DNA of 64,000 bases from Cryomorphaceae bacterium (GTDB taxonomy: Bacteria; Bacteroidota; Bacteroidia; Flavobacteriales; UBA7430), in contig BOWN01000002.1 of the NCBI GenBank assembly GCA_019649675.1, positions 239,704 through 303,703 on the forward strand, in the 5' to 3' direction. Made by a program: the position numbers and the translations under genes. Below, piece after piece: positions 22,070 through 33,178 of this stretch; position 1 is the first letter of the stretch, and each line of letters starts with the position of its first letter. The notes beneath the pieces are model-generated. The model made no database searches, was not told the DNA's origin, and saw only the letters and a list, made by a program, of their open reading frames with translations.

Positions 22070-22077
22070 AACTCTAC

Positions 22078-22260
22078 TTATTTAATTTCACGGTGAACCG
22101 TCATTTTTTTCAATACAGGATTGTATTTCTTTAACTCCATACGATCTGGAGTATTTTTCTTATTCTTCGTAGTAATGTAACGAGAAGCTCCTGGTTGACC
22201 AGACTTTCTGTGCTCTGTACATTCCAAGATTACCTGAACTCTATTACCTTTCTTTGCCAT
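22078..22260 (-). CDS. rpmG: 50S ribosomal protein L33
   Basis: The 60-aa ORF reads '[60 protein letters not shown]'. Confidence 0.92.
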   Translation of the reverse strand: MAKKGNRVQVILECTEHRKSGQPGASRYITTKNKKNTPDRMELKKYNPVLKKMTVHREIK

Positions 22261-22282
22261 TTCTCTTCATTTTATAAGTCTG

Positions 22283-22290
22283 CAAATTTA
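22283..22290 (-). promoter_or_regulatory. Candidate -7 box (TAAATTTG) for rpmG
   Basis: The minus strand reads TAAATTTG. Its G lies 23 nt before the rpmG ATG. Confidence 0.3.
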
Positions 22291-22324
22291 AAAACATTTC
22301 TGTTAGTACACAAACCATTCGTAT

Positions 22325-23968
22325 TTAATCTCGTTTTTTTTCGTACAGGAACAAAAAATCTAAAAATTCCAAATCAGTTTGAGTGGCATTTTCAATTTCA
22401 AGAAACTGATATTTTGCACTTGGTAAAAGCCTTACGTCTTTCTCACCATAAAGACGAATGTGTATAGGCATATCAAACAATTCAGACGCAGCATCCCACT
22501 TGTAATAAAAATGCATTACACCTTTTTGCTTTTTAAATCTATACTTTAACAAGGGCAAATCCGAATAAGAAAGGTATTGATTAAATATAGGCCTTAAATC
22601 TTTTTTTGACTGATTACAGATATAATTAATAACATCACTACCATCACAGCTGCCCTTTTCAAACTCCAGAGTAAGATCTTTCAAGATTGAAAACCACAAT
22701 GAATCATTTTCAATTGTATTGCGAATAGAATGCAACATCCAACTGCCTTTGTAATACATATCAATAGAGTTACCCTCTTTATTAACATCTCTATGCCCTA
22801 AAATTGGGCTACCTCCATCTATAAAATCTCTTTGATAAACCAGATACTCTAGCATCTTTTCATAACCATATATTTTTTCGACGTACAAAGCTTCTGTATA
22901 AGTACAAAAACTTTCGTGTATCCACATATCAGCTATATCATTCATGCTTACACTATTACCCCAATATTCATGACCTGATTCATGAATCAAAATATAATCA
23001 AAATCCATATTTCCAGGATAATGACCTAAATAGCCTGGCATAAATTTATTACCATATGCTATGGCACTTTGGTGCTCCATACCTAAATAAGATGTTTCTA
23101 CAAGAGCATATCCGTCATCCCAAAATGGGTAAGGACCAAAAAGCGATTCATAAACAGCAAGCATGGGTTTAACTTGTTCAAATTGTTCTTGAGCAAGTTT
23201 TTCATTTCCTTTAAGCACATAATAATCTAATGAGAGCGTATCTAAATTACTAACATACGCATCTTTAAGATGACTATAATTAGCAATATTAAGCGTTACA
23301 TTATATGTATTTATCGGATAGGAAACTTTCCAAGTAGAAATTCTTTTTTTTGCTTCTTCAAAATCACTTTCTAAATTACCATTCCCAACAAATCTAATCT
23401 CTTTTGGAACTGAACAAGTCACACGAATACTATCAGGTTTATCAGACAAATGATCCTTGCAAGGCCACCATAAAGAGGCCCCAACACCCTGACAGGCAAC
23501 ACCAACCCATGGCAAACCATTAGTGTCTTTTTCCCAAACAAAACCACCATCCCAAGGTGGGCTATCAGCTTCAATAGGTGATCCATGATAATACACTCTA
23601 ACTTTATACTGTTCACCAACTTTAAAATTTTGAGGAAATTTAATAAAGAATGAATCGAACTCACGAAAAAATTTACAGGATTCGTTATGATAAACGATAC
23701 TATCAATGATCATATTTTCAAAAAGATCCAATTGCATGACTTTTGAATTACTCAGCACTGTAAAATGTACATCATTAAATCCAGAAATCAACTTTGTATC
23801 GGGATAAACATCTAAATTTAAATGATAATAATGAACATCAAACCATACTCTCTCAGGAAGCAAAGCACCTCTTAGACTATCTTTTTTGGTAAACTCTTGA
23901 CCTACAACAGTTATTGATATAAGAAAAAATAAATATCTTAGACGAAACATAAGTTCAAAATTTAACAA
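22325..23968 (-). CDS. M1-family zinc aminopeptidase (secreted)
   Basis: The intact 547-aa ORF has a signal peptide, 'ILIHESGHEYWGN' (HExxH) and the downstream 'WIHESFCTY' Glu. Confidence 0.8.
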   Translation of the reverse strand: MLNFELMFRLRYLFFLISITVVGQEFTKKDSLRGALLPERVWFDVHYYHLNLDVYPDTKLISGFNDVHFTVLSNSKVMQLDLFENMIIDSIVYHNESCKFFREFDSFFIKFPQNFKVGEQYKVRVYYHGSPIEADSPPWDGGFVWEKDTNGLPWVGVACQGVGASLWWPCKDHLSDKPDSIRVTCSVPKEIRFVGNGNLESDFEEAKKRISTWKVSYPINTYNVTLNIANYSHLKDAYVSNLDTLSLDYYVLKGNEKLAQEQFEQVKPMLAVYESLFGPYPFWDDGYALVETSYLGMEHQSAIAYGNKFMPGYLGHYPGNMDFDYILIHESGHEYWGNSVSMNDIADMWIHESFCTYTEALYVEKIYGYEKMLEYLVYQRDFIDGGSPILGHRDVNKEGNSIDMYYKGSWMLHSIRNTIENDSLWFSILKDLTLEFEKGSCDGSDVINYICNQSKKDLRPIFNQYLSYSDLPLLKYRFKKQKGVMHFYYKWDAASELFDMPIHIRLYGEKDVRLLPSAKYQFLEIENATQTDLEFLDFLFLYEKKRD

Positions 23969-24079
23969 AAATTAAAAGATTTAATTAAAGTTTAAATAAA
24001 AAACAAAAACACTCTTTTATCAAAAGAATACAACATTTTATTGAAAGATAATTGAAAAGAGACTTTAAACTCATTAATC

Positions 24080-27000
24080 ATGAAAATAAAATATTCCACA
24101 TTCCTTATTTTTTTGTTCTTACATCTATTCACTAAAGCAAATGATAATAAACTTAAATTTATAAAGAATTTGGGTCAGTGGGATTCTAAAGTCAACTTCA
24201 AAGTAAATCTTCAAGGTGGTCACTTATTTTTAGAAAACCAAACTCTTACCTATGTATTTCATGACGCACATAACCTTCATCATATTCATGAATTAGAACA
24301 TGAACAAGGAAATAATTTCAATGCTTTAAATCATAAAATTGACGCGTATGCGTTTAAAGTTGACCTAATAAACAGCAATGATGCTTCCATAGAACCCTAT
24401 AACCAGAGAAAAGAATATTACAACTATTTTATTGGAAATAATTCTAAAAAATGGGCTGCAAAAGTACCCTTATACAAAGACATTAGCTATAAATCTATTT
24501 ATAACGGAATTAACTTAAATTTTTATAGCAAAGGACTTAATTTAAAATACGACTTTATTGTATCACCTAATTCAGACCCAAACCAAATTCAATTAAAATA
24601 CAATGATATTGAGCATGTGCAAATAATAAATGGAGCAGTTCATATCGACTTAGGATTTAATACTATCATTGAACAAAAACCCTTTGCCTATCAAAATATA
24701 AATGGCGAGAAAATTAAAGTTAAATGCTTATATGTTTTTAATAACAATATTTTATCTTTTGAATTTCCAAATGGGTATGATCCAGCTCATGAACTCGTTA
24801 TTGACCCTGAGCTCATAGCGGCAACATTATCAGGCTCGACGGCAACTAATTATGGGCACAGTGCTACATATGATAATGAAGGTAATATCTACACTGGCGC
24901 AAGAAATTTTGGAGTAGGTTACCCTGCTACAACAGGGGCTTTTCAGCTCAATTATGGTGGTGGCGGAACCGACATAGCAGTAAGTAAATTAAACCCCGAT
25001 GGATCAGAACTAATATGGGCTTCATATATAGGAGGAAACTCTGATGAATACCCACACAGTATGTTTGTACACAACAATGAACTATATGTAATGGGGAGTT
25101 CAAATTCTCCAGATTACCCTTCTACATCAAATGCATTTGATAATACAAACAATAATACAGATATAATCATCACTCATTTTAGTAGTGATGGTTCAAATTT
25201 AATTGGCTCTACATTTATTGGGGGTAGTGGGATTGATGGATATAATAATAATAATTTAGATCAATTTTACGACCAATATAGAGGCGAAATTATAGTAGAT
25301 AATCAAGGAAATGCTATAGTCTCAAATTTCAGTCAATCAGCGGACTTTCCAGTAACTACAGGTGCATACCAAACAACTTTAGCTGGTGGACAAGATGGGG
25401 TTGTATTTAAATTAACGCCCGACCTGTCTGGTTTAATCTGGTCTTCTTACATAGGTGGTACAGGTAATGATTCTGCCTACAGCTTAAGACTGGCCAATAA
25501 TGGTAATGTATATGTGACAGGAAGTGCAGCTAACAGTTCTTTCCCAACAACTAATAATGCTGCTATTTCAGACTTCATAGGAGGTGAACACGATGGTTTT
25601 ATTCTAGAATTAGCCTCTGATGGAAGCACTATAATTAATTCCACATTTTTTGGATCTGATGCTCAAGATCAAAGCTATTTTATTGATTTAGATAGTGATG
25701 GATATGTTTACATATACGGAAGAAATGAAGGAATTATTCCAATTTCGCCTTCCTGCTACGGAAATGAAAACAGCGCTCAATTTATTGCAAAATTTGATTC
25801 GAACCTAGAGAATATAATTTGGCAAACGACAATTGGTTCAGGAGCTTTAACTTCAGGAGACATCTGGACAACATTTGATTTTAATCCTGTAGCATTTATG
25901 GTTGATGTATGCAAAAAAATATATATTTCTGGTTTTAGTGCTACTTCAAATTTGTTTGTCTCTGAAGATCCTATTCAAGCAACTGGTGGATTTTACGAAA
26001 TGGTATTAGAAGAAGAGGCTACTGCAATTCATTATGCAACATATTATACTGGAGATCATGTAGATGGTGGTACCAGCAGATTCGACCCAAATGGAATTAT
26101 TTATCAAGCTGTTTGTAGTGGAGGAGGATTTGCCACAACAACAGAAGCTTTCGCAACTAATCAATCTCCAGGCTGGGATATTGCTGTATTTAAGATTGAA
26201 TTAGTTAATCCTATTTTATCTGCAACAGCCTCGGCTGAACCTTCAACATCAGGTTGTGCTCCTTTTAGTATAAATTTCAATAATTCAAGTTCTCCAGGAG
26301 CATATATATGGAACTTTGATGACGGGAATACCTCTTCAACAACAAATCCTTATCATACCTTCGAAAATGAAGGAATTTACAATGTGGAGCTGGTTGTTGT
26401 AGACAGTGCTACATGTTCTACAACAGACACACTAATTTTACCAATTGAAGTTATTGGAGGACCTGATTTAGACTTAGGAGAAGATATTTTAATCTGCCAA
26501 GATCAATCGGTTATAATAGAGGCCATTTCGGAGGAAGCTGAATCTTATCTTTGGCAAGATAACTCAACAGGCCAATCAATTTTGGTAAATACACCAGGAA
26601 CTTATTCTGTTGAAGCATCTTATAATGGAGAATGTACTTCTACTGATAGTATAGAAGTTGCGCTAGACCCATACATTTTAGATCTAGGAGAGAATATTGT
26701 GTTGTGTGAAAATGCGCCATCAATTAATATAGATGCTGGCTCTGATGCTATTTCATATTTATGGTCTACAGGAGAAAACACTCAAATAATTAACGTTACA
26801 GAAGGTGAGTATTCTGTATTAGCCATATCAAATGTAAACTGCGAGTATGAAGACGAGATAGAAGTAGAACTTCAAGAATTTAATTTTGACATTTCTACGA
26901 GTTCTGTTGAAGAATGTGATCCAGCACTAATTTCATTTAACGATTTATCAACCGTAAGTAACGGAGAAATAAGTAACTGGTATTGGGATTTTGGAGTTGA

Positions 27001-27640
27001 GACAAGTCTTGAAGAAAACACATCTGTAAATTACATCAACCCTGGATTGTATGATGTTATGCTAATTTTAGGAACAGAAGAAGAATGTTTCGACACCCTA
27101 GTTCTTTCTCAACACATTCAAATTAATCCAAATCCAAGTGCTAATTATGAATATTCAATTGAGTTTCAAAACAATTGCGATATAGGTGTTAAATTCAACA
27201 ATCAAAGTGAAAGTGCTGATGCATATTTTTGGAATTTTAATGATGGAGAAGTATCAACACTTTCCGACCCTCTAAAAATATTCGAATACAATCAGCAATT
27301 TGAAGTAGAACTTCAAGTAGAAAATGAATTTTCATGTAAAGACACTATTATCAAAACACTTGAAGTACCAAAGTTTAAACCAGTATTTGTTCCTAATGTA
27401 TTTTCACCTAACACAGACTCTAAAAATGATCTTTTTCACCCAATATCTGCATGTATAAAAGAAATAGAATTCTATATCTATGATCGTTGGGGAAAACTCG
27501 TTTTCTATTCTGAAGAAATTGATAAAGGTTGGGATGGACGTTTTGAAAACTCAGATTTAAAAAACGGATCTTATACATGGCAATTAAGATATAATCATGA
27601 TGGAGAATTGATAGATGAAAATGGATTGTTTTACTTTTAA
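24080..27640 (+). CDS. Large secreted adhesin-like protein: beta-propeller-type repeats, PKD-like domains, T9SS type B (gliding-motility CHU_C-like) C-terminal sorting domain
   Basis: The intact 1186-aa ORF has a signal peptide. It carries repeated 'G..DxAYS/GG.G.D' propeller-like units and PKD-like modules ('APFSINFNNSSSPGAYIWNFDDGNTSSTTNPYHTFENEGIYNVELVV'). The C-terminus is 'PNVFSPNTDSKNDLFHPIS...YDRWGKLVFYSEEIDKGWDGRF..GSYTWQL'. Confidence 0.8.
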   Translation: MKIKYSTFLIFLFLHLFTKANDNKLKFIKNLGQWDSKVNFKVNLQGGHLFLENQTLTYVFHDAHNLHHIHELEHEQGNNFNALNHKIDAYAFKVDLINSNDASIEPYNQRKEYYNYFIGNNSKKWAAKVPLYKDISYKSIYNGINLNFYSKGLNLKYDFIVSPNSDPNQIQLKYNDIEHVQIINGAVHIDLGFNTIIEQKPFAYQNINGEKIKVKCLYVFNNNILSFEFPNGYDPAHELVIDPELIAATLSGSTATNYGHSATYDNEGNIYTGARNFGVGYPATTGAFQLNYGGGGTDIAVSKLNPDGSELIWASYIGGNSDEYPHSMFVHNNELYVMGSSNSPDYPSTSNAFDNTNNNTDIIITHFSSDGSNLIGSTFIGGSGIDGYNNNNLDQFYDQYRGEIIVDNQGNAIVSNFSQSADFPVTTGAYQTTLAGGQDGVVFKLTPDLSGLIWSSYIGGTGNDSAYSLRLANNGNVYVTGSAANSSFPTTNNAAISDFIGGEHDGFILELASDGSTIINSTFFGSDAQDQSYFIDLDSDGYVYIYGRNEGIIPISPSCYGNENSAQFIAKFDSNLENIIWQTTIGSGALTSGDIWTTFDFNPVAFMVDVCKKIYISGFSATSNLFVSEDPIQATGGFYEMVLEEEATAIHYATYYTGDHVDGGTSRFDPNGIIYQAVCSGGGFATTTEAFATNQSPGWDIAVFKIELVNPILSATASAEPSTSGCAPFSINFNNSSSPGAYIWNFDDGNTSSTTNPYHTFENEGIYNVELVVVDSATCSTTDTLILPIEVIGGPDLDLGEDILICQDQSVIIEAISEEAESYLWQDNSTGQSILVNTPGTYSVEASYNGECTSTDSIEVALDPYILDLGENIVLCENAPSINIDAGSDAISYLWSTGENTQIINVTEGEYSVLAISNVNCEYEDEIEVELQEFNFDISTSSVEECDPALISFNDLSTVSNGEISNWYWDFGVETSLEENTSVNYINPGLYDVMLILGTEEECFDTLVLSQHIQINPNPSANYEYSIEFQNNCDIGVKFNNQSESADAYFWNFNDGEVSTLSDPLKIFEYNQQFEVELQVENEFSCKDTIIKTLEVPKFKPVFVPNVFSPNTDSKNDLFHPISACIKEIEFYIYDRWGKLVFYSEEIDKGWDGRFENSDLKNGSYTWQLRYNHDGELIDENGLFYF

Positions 27641-27656
27641 GATAAATAAACTATAA

Positions 27657-28775
27657 TTAGTTAGACTTAACTATTGATTTTAAATCACTAAAAATAGCAC
27701 TCGAGATTCGCTTAGAGGCACCAACTCCTCCCAGTAAAACTGTTAAATCTTTGTAAGATTGTTTCATTTAGCTGAGCCTTCTTCTGTCAAGATAGACGAT
27801 AATTCCGAAACCATATTAGAAACTGTCAAATCTTTCTGGATAAGTTCTTTAACAACTTCTTTATCAGCTATTAAATTAACTAATGATATGTACTTAACAT
27901 TAACCAATAACTTTGCAATTTTATAAGAAAACCAACTGGTTTTTGATAACAAACGACTTGAGGCACATTAAATAATGCTGTTTCTAAAGTAGCTGTACCG
28001 AGCTTACCAAAGCAGCATCAGCCTCATTATAAAGCGTATAAGTCTGATTAAAAACAACTTCAATATTTGAATCTTTTATATAAGACTGATAAAAATCTCG
28101 TCTAAAGGCTACTCAGCAATAACAAAATCACATTGAGGAACTGCTTCTTAACAGCCATCATTTTAGGAAGCTTTTTTTGCAGTTCCTGAGATCTGCTCCC
28201 TGGAAGGATAGCTACCAATGGCCTTCCTGACTTCTTCCATACTAAATGATCAGACTCCTGCTCCTTCTTCCAAGTTGAAATGGCATCTAAAGAGGGTGCC
28301 CCAAATAGGTAACATCACAATTATATTTTTGGTAAAAATCTTTTCAAACGGAAGAATGGTGTAAAGTTCTCGAACATATTTCTTAATGTCATAAACTCTG
28401 TTCTTTTTCCAAGCCCAAACTTGTGGGAGAAATATAATAATAAACTGGTATTTGATGTGATTTAGCAAATTTTGCAATACGCATATTGAAACCCCGGGTA
28501 ATCTACAAGTATTAGTGCATCGGGTGAAAATTTAAAATATCTTTTTTCAAAAAATTTAAAATTTCGAAGTATTGTTTTTTAAATTCTTAAACACCTCCCA
28601 AAACCCCATAAATGAAAGTTCTTTATAATGCTTAACTATATTTGCTCCTTGAGCTTTCATTAAATCACCCCCAGGCGCGAACATCCATTTCTTCATCATG
28701 TTCATTGAGATGTCTTATCAAATTTGAAGCATGTAAATCTCCTGAAGCCTCACCTGAAATAATATAGTACTTCAT
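27657..28775 (-). CDS. lpxB: Lipid-A-disaccharide synthase; frame broken at least 6 times
   Basis: The N-terminus at 28775 reads 'MKYYIISGEASGDLHASNLIRHL'. Track pieces are 28250..28477 and 27764..27952 ('ISLVNLIADKEVVKELIQ'). The C-terminal piece ends with its stop at 27657-27659. Confidence 0.8.
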
Positions 28776-29159
28776 CTATCTTCTATAATGGCTGTTGCTT
28801 CAATTTCTAATAATAAATCAGGATGAATCAAGTTAGAGACCTCTACTAATGTACATGCTGGCATAACATCTTCAAATAAATACGAATGCACTTTTTTTCC
28901 ACTTCTTCCCAATGAGAAATATCCCGTCAAAAATTCGGGTTCTCACCACATCTTTTAGACTAAAACCAGCTTCAACAAGTGTATGTTCAATCTTTTTAAT
29001 TATATATTCTGCTTGAAGTGTCAAATCTCCTACCCCAATCACTTTACCCTCTTCTGAAGCTGAAGTCCCAGACACCTCAATTGTATTCCCAATCTGAACT
29101 GCTCTTGAGTAACCAAAAGATTCTTCCCAAAGTGTATTTGAACTCCAATTGGTACGCAT
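28772..29159 (-). CDS. RidA/YjgF-family protein; one frame break
   Basis: ORF 28872..29159 reads 'WEESFGYSRAVQIGNTIEVSGTSA...LTLQAEYIIKKIEHTLVEAGFSLKDVVRTRIF'. The tail '...VEVSNLIHPDLLLEIEATAIIEDR*' is in another frame. Its TGA overlaps the lpxB ATG as ATGA. Confidence 0.7.
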
Positions 29160-29161
29160 TT

Positions 29162-29440
29162 CTAAAATTCCAATAAATTATGTTGAAAAATATACCATAT
29201 AGCCATAACGAAAGTACTTAATAGTATGCCTCTACCTAAACGATCTTTTTGATACTTAGTAAGCGTTATTCTTAAAAGTGGGAAGTTAGCGAAAAGTGCA
29301 ATCACTTGTAAAGTAGATTCTCTTAAAGGATTCTCCACCAACATACACTCCAAAAAAGTTAATAAAACCGCATACAAAACAATAGGAATAAGAACGCCTA
29401 ATAAAACTCCTATCAACATATGATCTTTCAATTTATTCAT
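29162..29440 (-). CDS. Small hypothetical membrane protein (92 aa, about 3 TM segments)
   Basis: The ORF is intact with hydrophobic segments. It overlaps the surE stop by 8 nt and ends 2 nt before ridA. No family was recognised. Confidence 0.4.
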   Translation of the reverse strand: MNKLKDHMLIGVLLGVLIPIVLYAVLLTFLECMLVENPLRESTLQVIALFANFPLLRITLTKYQKDRLGRGILLSTFVMAIWYIFQHNLLEF

Positions 29441-30205
29441 GATTCAAAAAATTTAATTGTTGAATATGGTTATGAGCTGTCAGATCAAACTTAACAGGCA
29501 CAACAGAAATATAACCATTTTCTAGAGCCCATATATCGGTATCTTTTCCCTCATCATGATTATAAAACTTACCTGTAAGCCAATAATACGTTTTCCCCAT
29601 GGGATTTATACGTTCATCAAAATCCTCCTCCCAATGTCCATCTGACTGCCGGCAAACTTTAACACCTTTTATTTGTTCGCGGCTCAGTTTGGGTATATTC
29701 ACATTTAAACAAATCCCTGAAGGCAATCCATTTTCCAAAGCATGACGAGCAATTCGAAGCACGTGATCTTCAGACTGGGAAAAGTCGGCATCTTGAGAAT
29801 AATCCAAAAGCGAAAAACCAATAGAAGGTACTCCGGCAATTGCACCCTCTAAGGCTGCAGCCATCGTTCCAGAATACAATACATTAACAGATGAATTTGC
29901 ACCATGATTGATACCAGAAACGCATAAATCAGGTTTTCGTCTAAAAGCTTATTCATAGCTAATTTAACACAATCTACGGGTGTACCGAACAAGCATACTC
30001 TGTAACTTCGGACTCTTCTGTACTCACCCTTTCGAAAAGATTATCGATTCGAGTGTTATGGCATGACTCATTCCGGACTGAGGACTATTAGGTGCTACAA
30101 CAAAACATCACCCAATTTTTTCATCAAGCGAATTAAATGGCGAATTCCAGGTGCTGAAATTCCATCGTCATTTGAAACTAATATTAAAGGTCTTTCTTTA
30201 CTCAT
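29433..30205 (-). CDS. surE: 5'/3'-nucleotidase SurE; about 3 frame breaks in the N-terminal half
   Basis: The N-terminus at 30205 reads 'MSKERPLILVSNDDGISAPGIRHLI'. Track ORF 29433..29879 reads 'YSGTMAAALEGAIAGVPSIGFSL'. Confidence 0.85.
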
Positions 30206-30257
30206 AATGTTTAAAATAGTTTTACAAAACTATCGTTTTCATTTTAATCACAATCCT

Positions 30258-30265
30258 TACATTTG
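30258..30265 (+). promoter_or_regulatory. Candidate -7 box (TACATTTG)
   Basis: The sequence matches TAnnTTTG. Its G lies 19 nt before the ATG at 30284. Confidence 0.3.
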
Positions 30266-30283
30266 TAAAAAATAAAATTCATT

Positions 30284-30987
30284 ATGATTATCTTATTTAT
30301 TGCCTTTATGATAGTTGGTTGGGCTGTTCAATCAAAACTAAAATCCAAATTCAAAAAATACAGTGCTACTCCACTATTAAATGGGATGAGTGGAAAAGAA
30401 GTCGCAGAAAAATGTTAGCTGATCACGGCATTACTAAGGTAAGAGTTATCAGTACACCTGGTAAGCTCACCGATCACTACAACCCTAAAGACATGACAGT
30501 AAACTTAAGCCCTGAAGTTTACGAGGGTAGAAATATTTCTGCAGCAGCAGTTGCAGCACATGAATGTGGTCATGCAGTTCAACATGCTCAGCATACAAAT
30601 GGTTACAAATGCGTTCTCAAATGGTTCCTGTTGTATCTCTAAGTTCTAAAATGCTCAACTTATTTTCTTAGCGGATGTTTGGAATGGGGTATTACACAAT
30701 GTTCACAATGGAATGGTTATTCTTGCAGTCATTTTTGCCAAGCCATGATTACTATTTTTAGCATTATCACCTTACCTGTAGAATATGATGCATCTAATAG
30801 AGCAATTGTATGGCTACAAAATGCAGGCGTGGCTCAACAGCATGAACTTGAAGGCGCTAACGATGCTCTAAAATGGGCTGCAAGAACCTATTTAGTTAGT
30901 GCTATAGCAGCAATTACATACTCGCATACTATTTACTTATGTTTCTTGGAAATCGAGATTAACCATCACATTATACAAGATTTTTAA
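30284..30987 (+). CDS. Membrane-anchored neutral zinc metallopeptidase (YugP/Zn_peptidase_2-like); at least 2 frame breaks
   Basis: The N-terminus reads 'MIILFIAFMIVGWAVQSKLKSKFKKY'. 'AAVAAHECGHAVQHAQ' supplies the HExxH motif. The C-terminal piece is 30679..30987. Confidence 0.7.
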
Positions 30988-30988
30988 T

Positions 30989-33168
30989 ATGAAACTAAAA
31001 TCAATTCTATCTTCACTTGCAATTCTTTTCTTGCACAATGTGTTTCGCCAAGAAAAATGTTTCAACTTGAAGACATATGGGCAAGCCGCACCTTTTCTCC
31101 AGAATGGGTTTGGGGAATTAATTCAATGAATGATGGAGTTCACTACTCATCACTAAATTATGGAGAAAATAATGTCTATATAACTCAATATTCATAGAAA
31201 CAGGAGACTCTATTTAACTATTTAGACTCTAAAGATTTGGACGGAATTTCCTTTAGCGACTACAGTTTTAGTGAAGATGAAAAAAAAGTTTTACTTCCTA
31301 CAGAAACAGAATCGATTTACCGTTACTCTTCCCGTTCTAACTACTACGTATACGATAGAGAAACTAAAATAGCAGAAGAATTATCTGAAGGAAGCAACGC
31401 TTAGCCCAATTCTCTCCTGATGCTTCCAAAGTTGCTTTTGTAAAAGAAAACAACATCTTTATTAAAGACATTATAAACAACACAGAACTACAAGTAACAT
31501 TTGATGGTGAAATTAATAAGATTATCAATGGAGCCACTGATTGGGTTTACGAAGAAGAATTTGCTTTTGACAATGGAATGCAATGGAATGCAAGTGGAAA
31601 TAAAATTGCTTACTACAGATTTGATGAAGAAAAGGTGCCAGAATTTAGTATGGATTTATTTACAGACCTCTACCCTTCTCAATCTCAATTTAAATACCCA
31701 AAAGCTGGGAAACAAATTCCACTATAGAATTATTCATCTATGACTTAGATTCTAATAAAACTATAAAAGCAAACATTAATCAGAGGAAGAATTTTACATC
31801 CCAAGAATTAAATGGACCCTAGATGAAAATGTTCTTTCAGTTCAAAGAATGAACCGCACCAAAATCAACTGACTTTATTTTAGTTGATGCAAAAGACGTT
31901 CATCTCAGACTATTTTCACTGAAAATGATGCAGCTTATATTGATTCACAGATAACTTAACATTCTTAAACGACGGAAAATATTTTATTTGGACCAGTGAA
32001 AAATCGGGTTACAACATATCTACCTCTATAATTTAAAGGAAAACAAGTACGTCAAATTACAAAAGGAAATTATGATGTTACTGACTTCTATGGGATAGAT
32101 GAGAGCAACAACACAGTTTACTTTGCTTCGTCAGAACGCAGTCCAATGCATCGTGATGTTTATGCTGTTCAGCTAAATGGAAAAATAAAAAATACTTACC
32201 AATAAAATAGGAACAAACTCCGCTACTTTTAGCACAAATTACAAGTACTTTATCAATCAATATTCTAATGCCAACATCCATACTACTTTAGTTTATTCGA
32301 TGCTAAAGGAAATGAAGTCCGAATGTTAAAGACAATAGTAACTTAAACAATAGCTTAGCCGAGTATGCTTTAAGTCAAAAGAATTCTTCAACTTTAAAAC
32401 CACTGAAGGTATCTACCTAAATGGTTGGATGATGAAACCTCATAACTTTGATGAAACAAAACAATACCCTGTTTTTATGTACTTATATGGTGGACCGGGT
32501 TCTCAACAAGTAACTGACTCATGGGGGGGGGCTAATTTCTTATGGTATCAAATGCTAACGCAACAAGGTTACATTGTTGCGTGTGTTGACAATCGTGGTA
32601 CAGGTGCTCGTGGTTCAGAATTTAAAAAATGTACCTACCAACAACTGGGAAAACTTGAAACAGAAGACCAAATTGAGGCAAACAGATACTTAGCAAACTT
32701 ACCCTACGTGGATGGCTCCAGAATTGGAATATTTGGGTGGAGCTATGGTGGATACATGTCTTCACTTTGTCTACTTAAAGGTGCTGATCAATTTAAAATG
32801 GCTATTGCAATAGCACCGTTACAAACTGGCGTTATTACGACTCTATTTATACAGAAAGATACATGCGTACGCCACAAGAAAATGCTTCTGGATACGACGA
32901 CAACTCACCTATCAATCATGTAGAAAAACTCAAAGGTAAGTATTTGTTGGTTCATGGTTCGGCAGACGATAATGTTCATTACCAAAATACCATGGAAATG
33001 ACAAATGCTTTGGTAAATGCAAATAAACAATTCGATTTATTCATCTACCCAAATAAAAATCATGGGATATATGGTGGTTATACGCGCCTTCATCTCTTTA
33101 CTAAAATGACCAATTTCATTAAAGAAATTATAATCGATATTTTTCCTATTTTCGATACTTACATTTAA
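30989..33168 (+). CDS. Dipeptidyl-peptidase IV (S9B prolyl oligopeptidase family); frame broken about 10 times
   Basis: Fragments include 'DWVYEEEFAFDNGMQWNASGNKIAYYRFDE..KYPKAGK' and 'YPVFMYLYGGPGSQQVTDSWGG'. The catalytic Ser motif is 'GIFGWSYGGYMS' and the C-terminus is 'HGSADDNVHYQNT..NKNHGI'. Confidence 0.82.
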
Positions 33169-33178
33169 AAAAATATCC

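Noticed and set aside
31571-31590. Perfect 10-bp tandem duplication 'caatggaatg caatggaatg' in the DPP-IV gene as a possible slippage lesion
   Set aside because: The conserved flanks 'DWVYEEEF' and 'IAYYRFDE' are in the same frame across it, so it does not disrupt the gene. It is most likely a coincidental codon pattern (N-G-M-Q-W-N-A).
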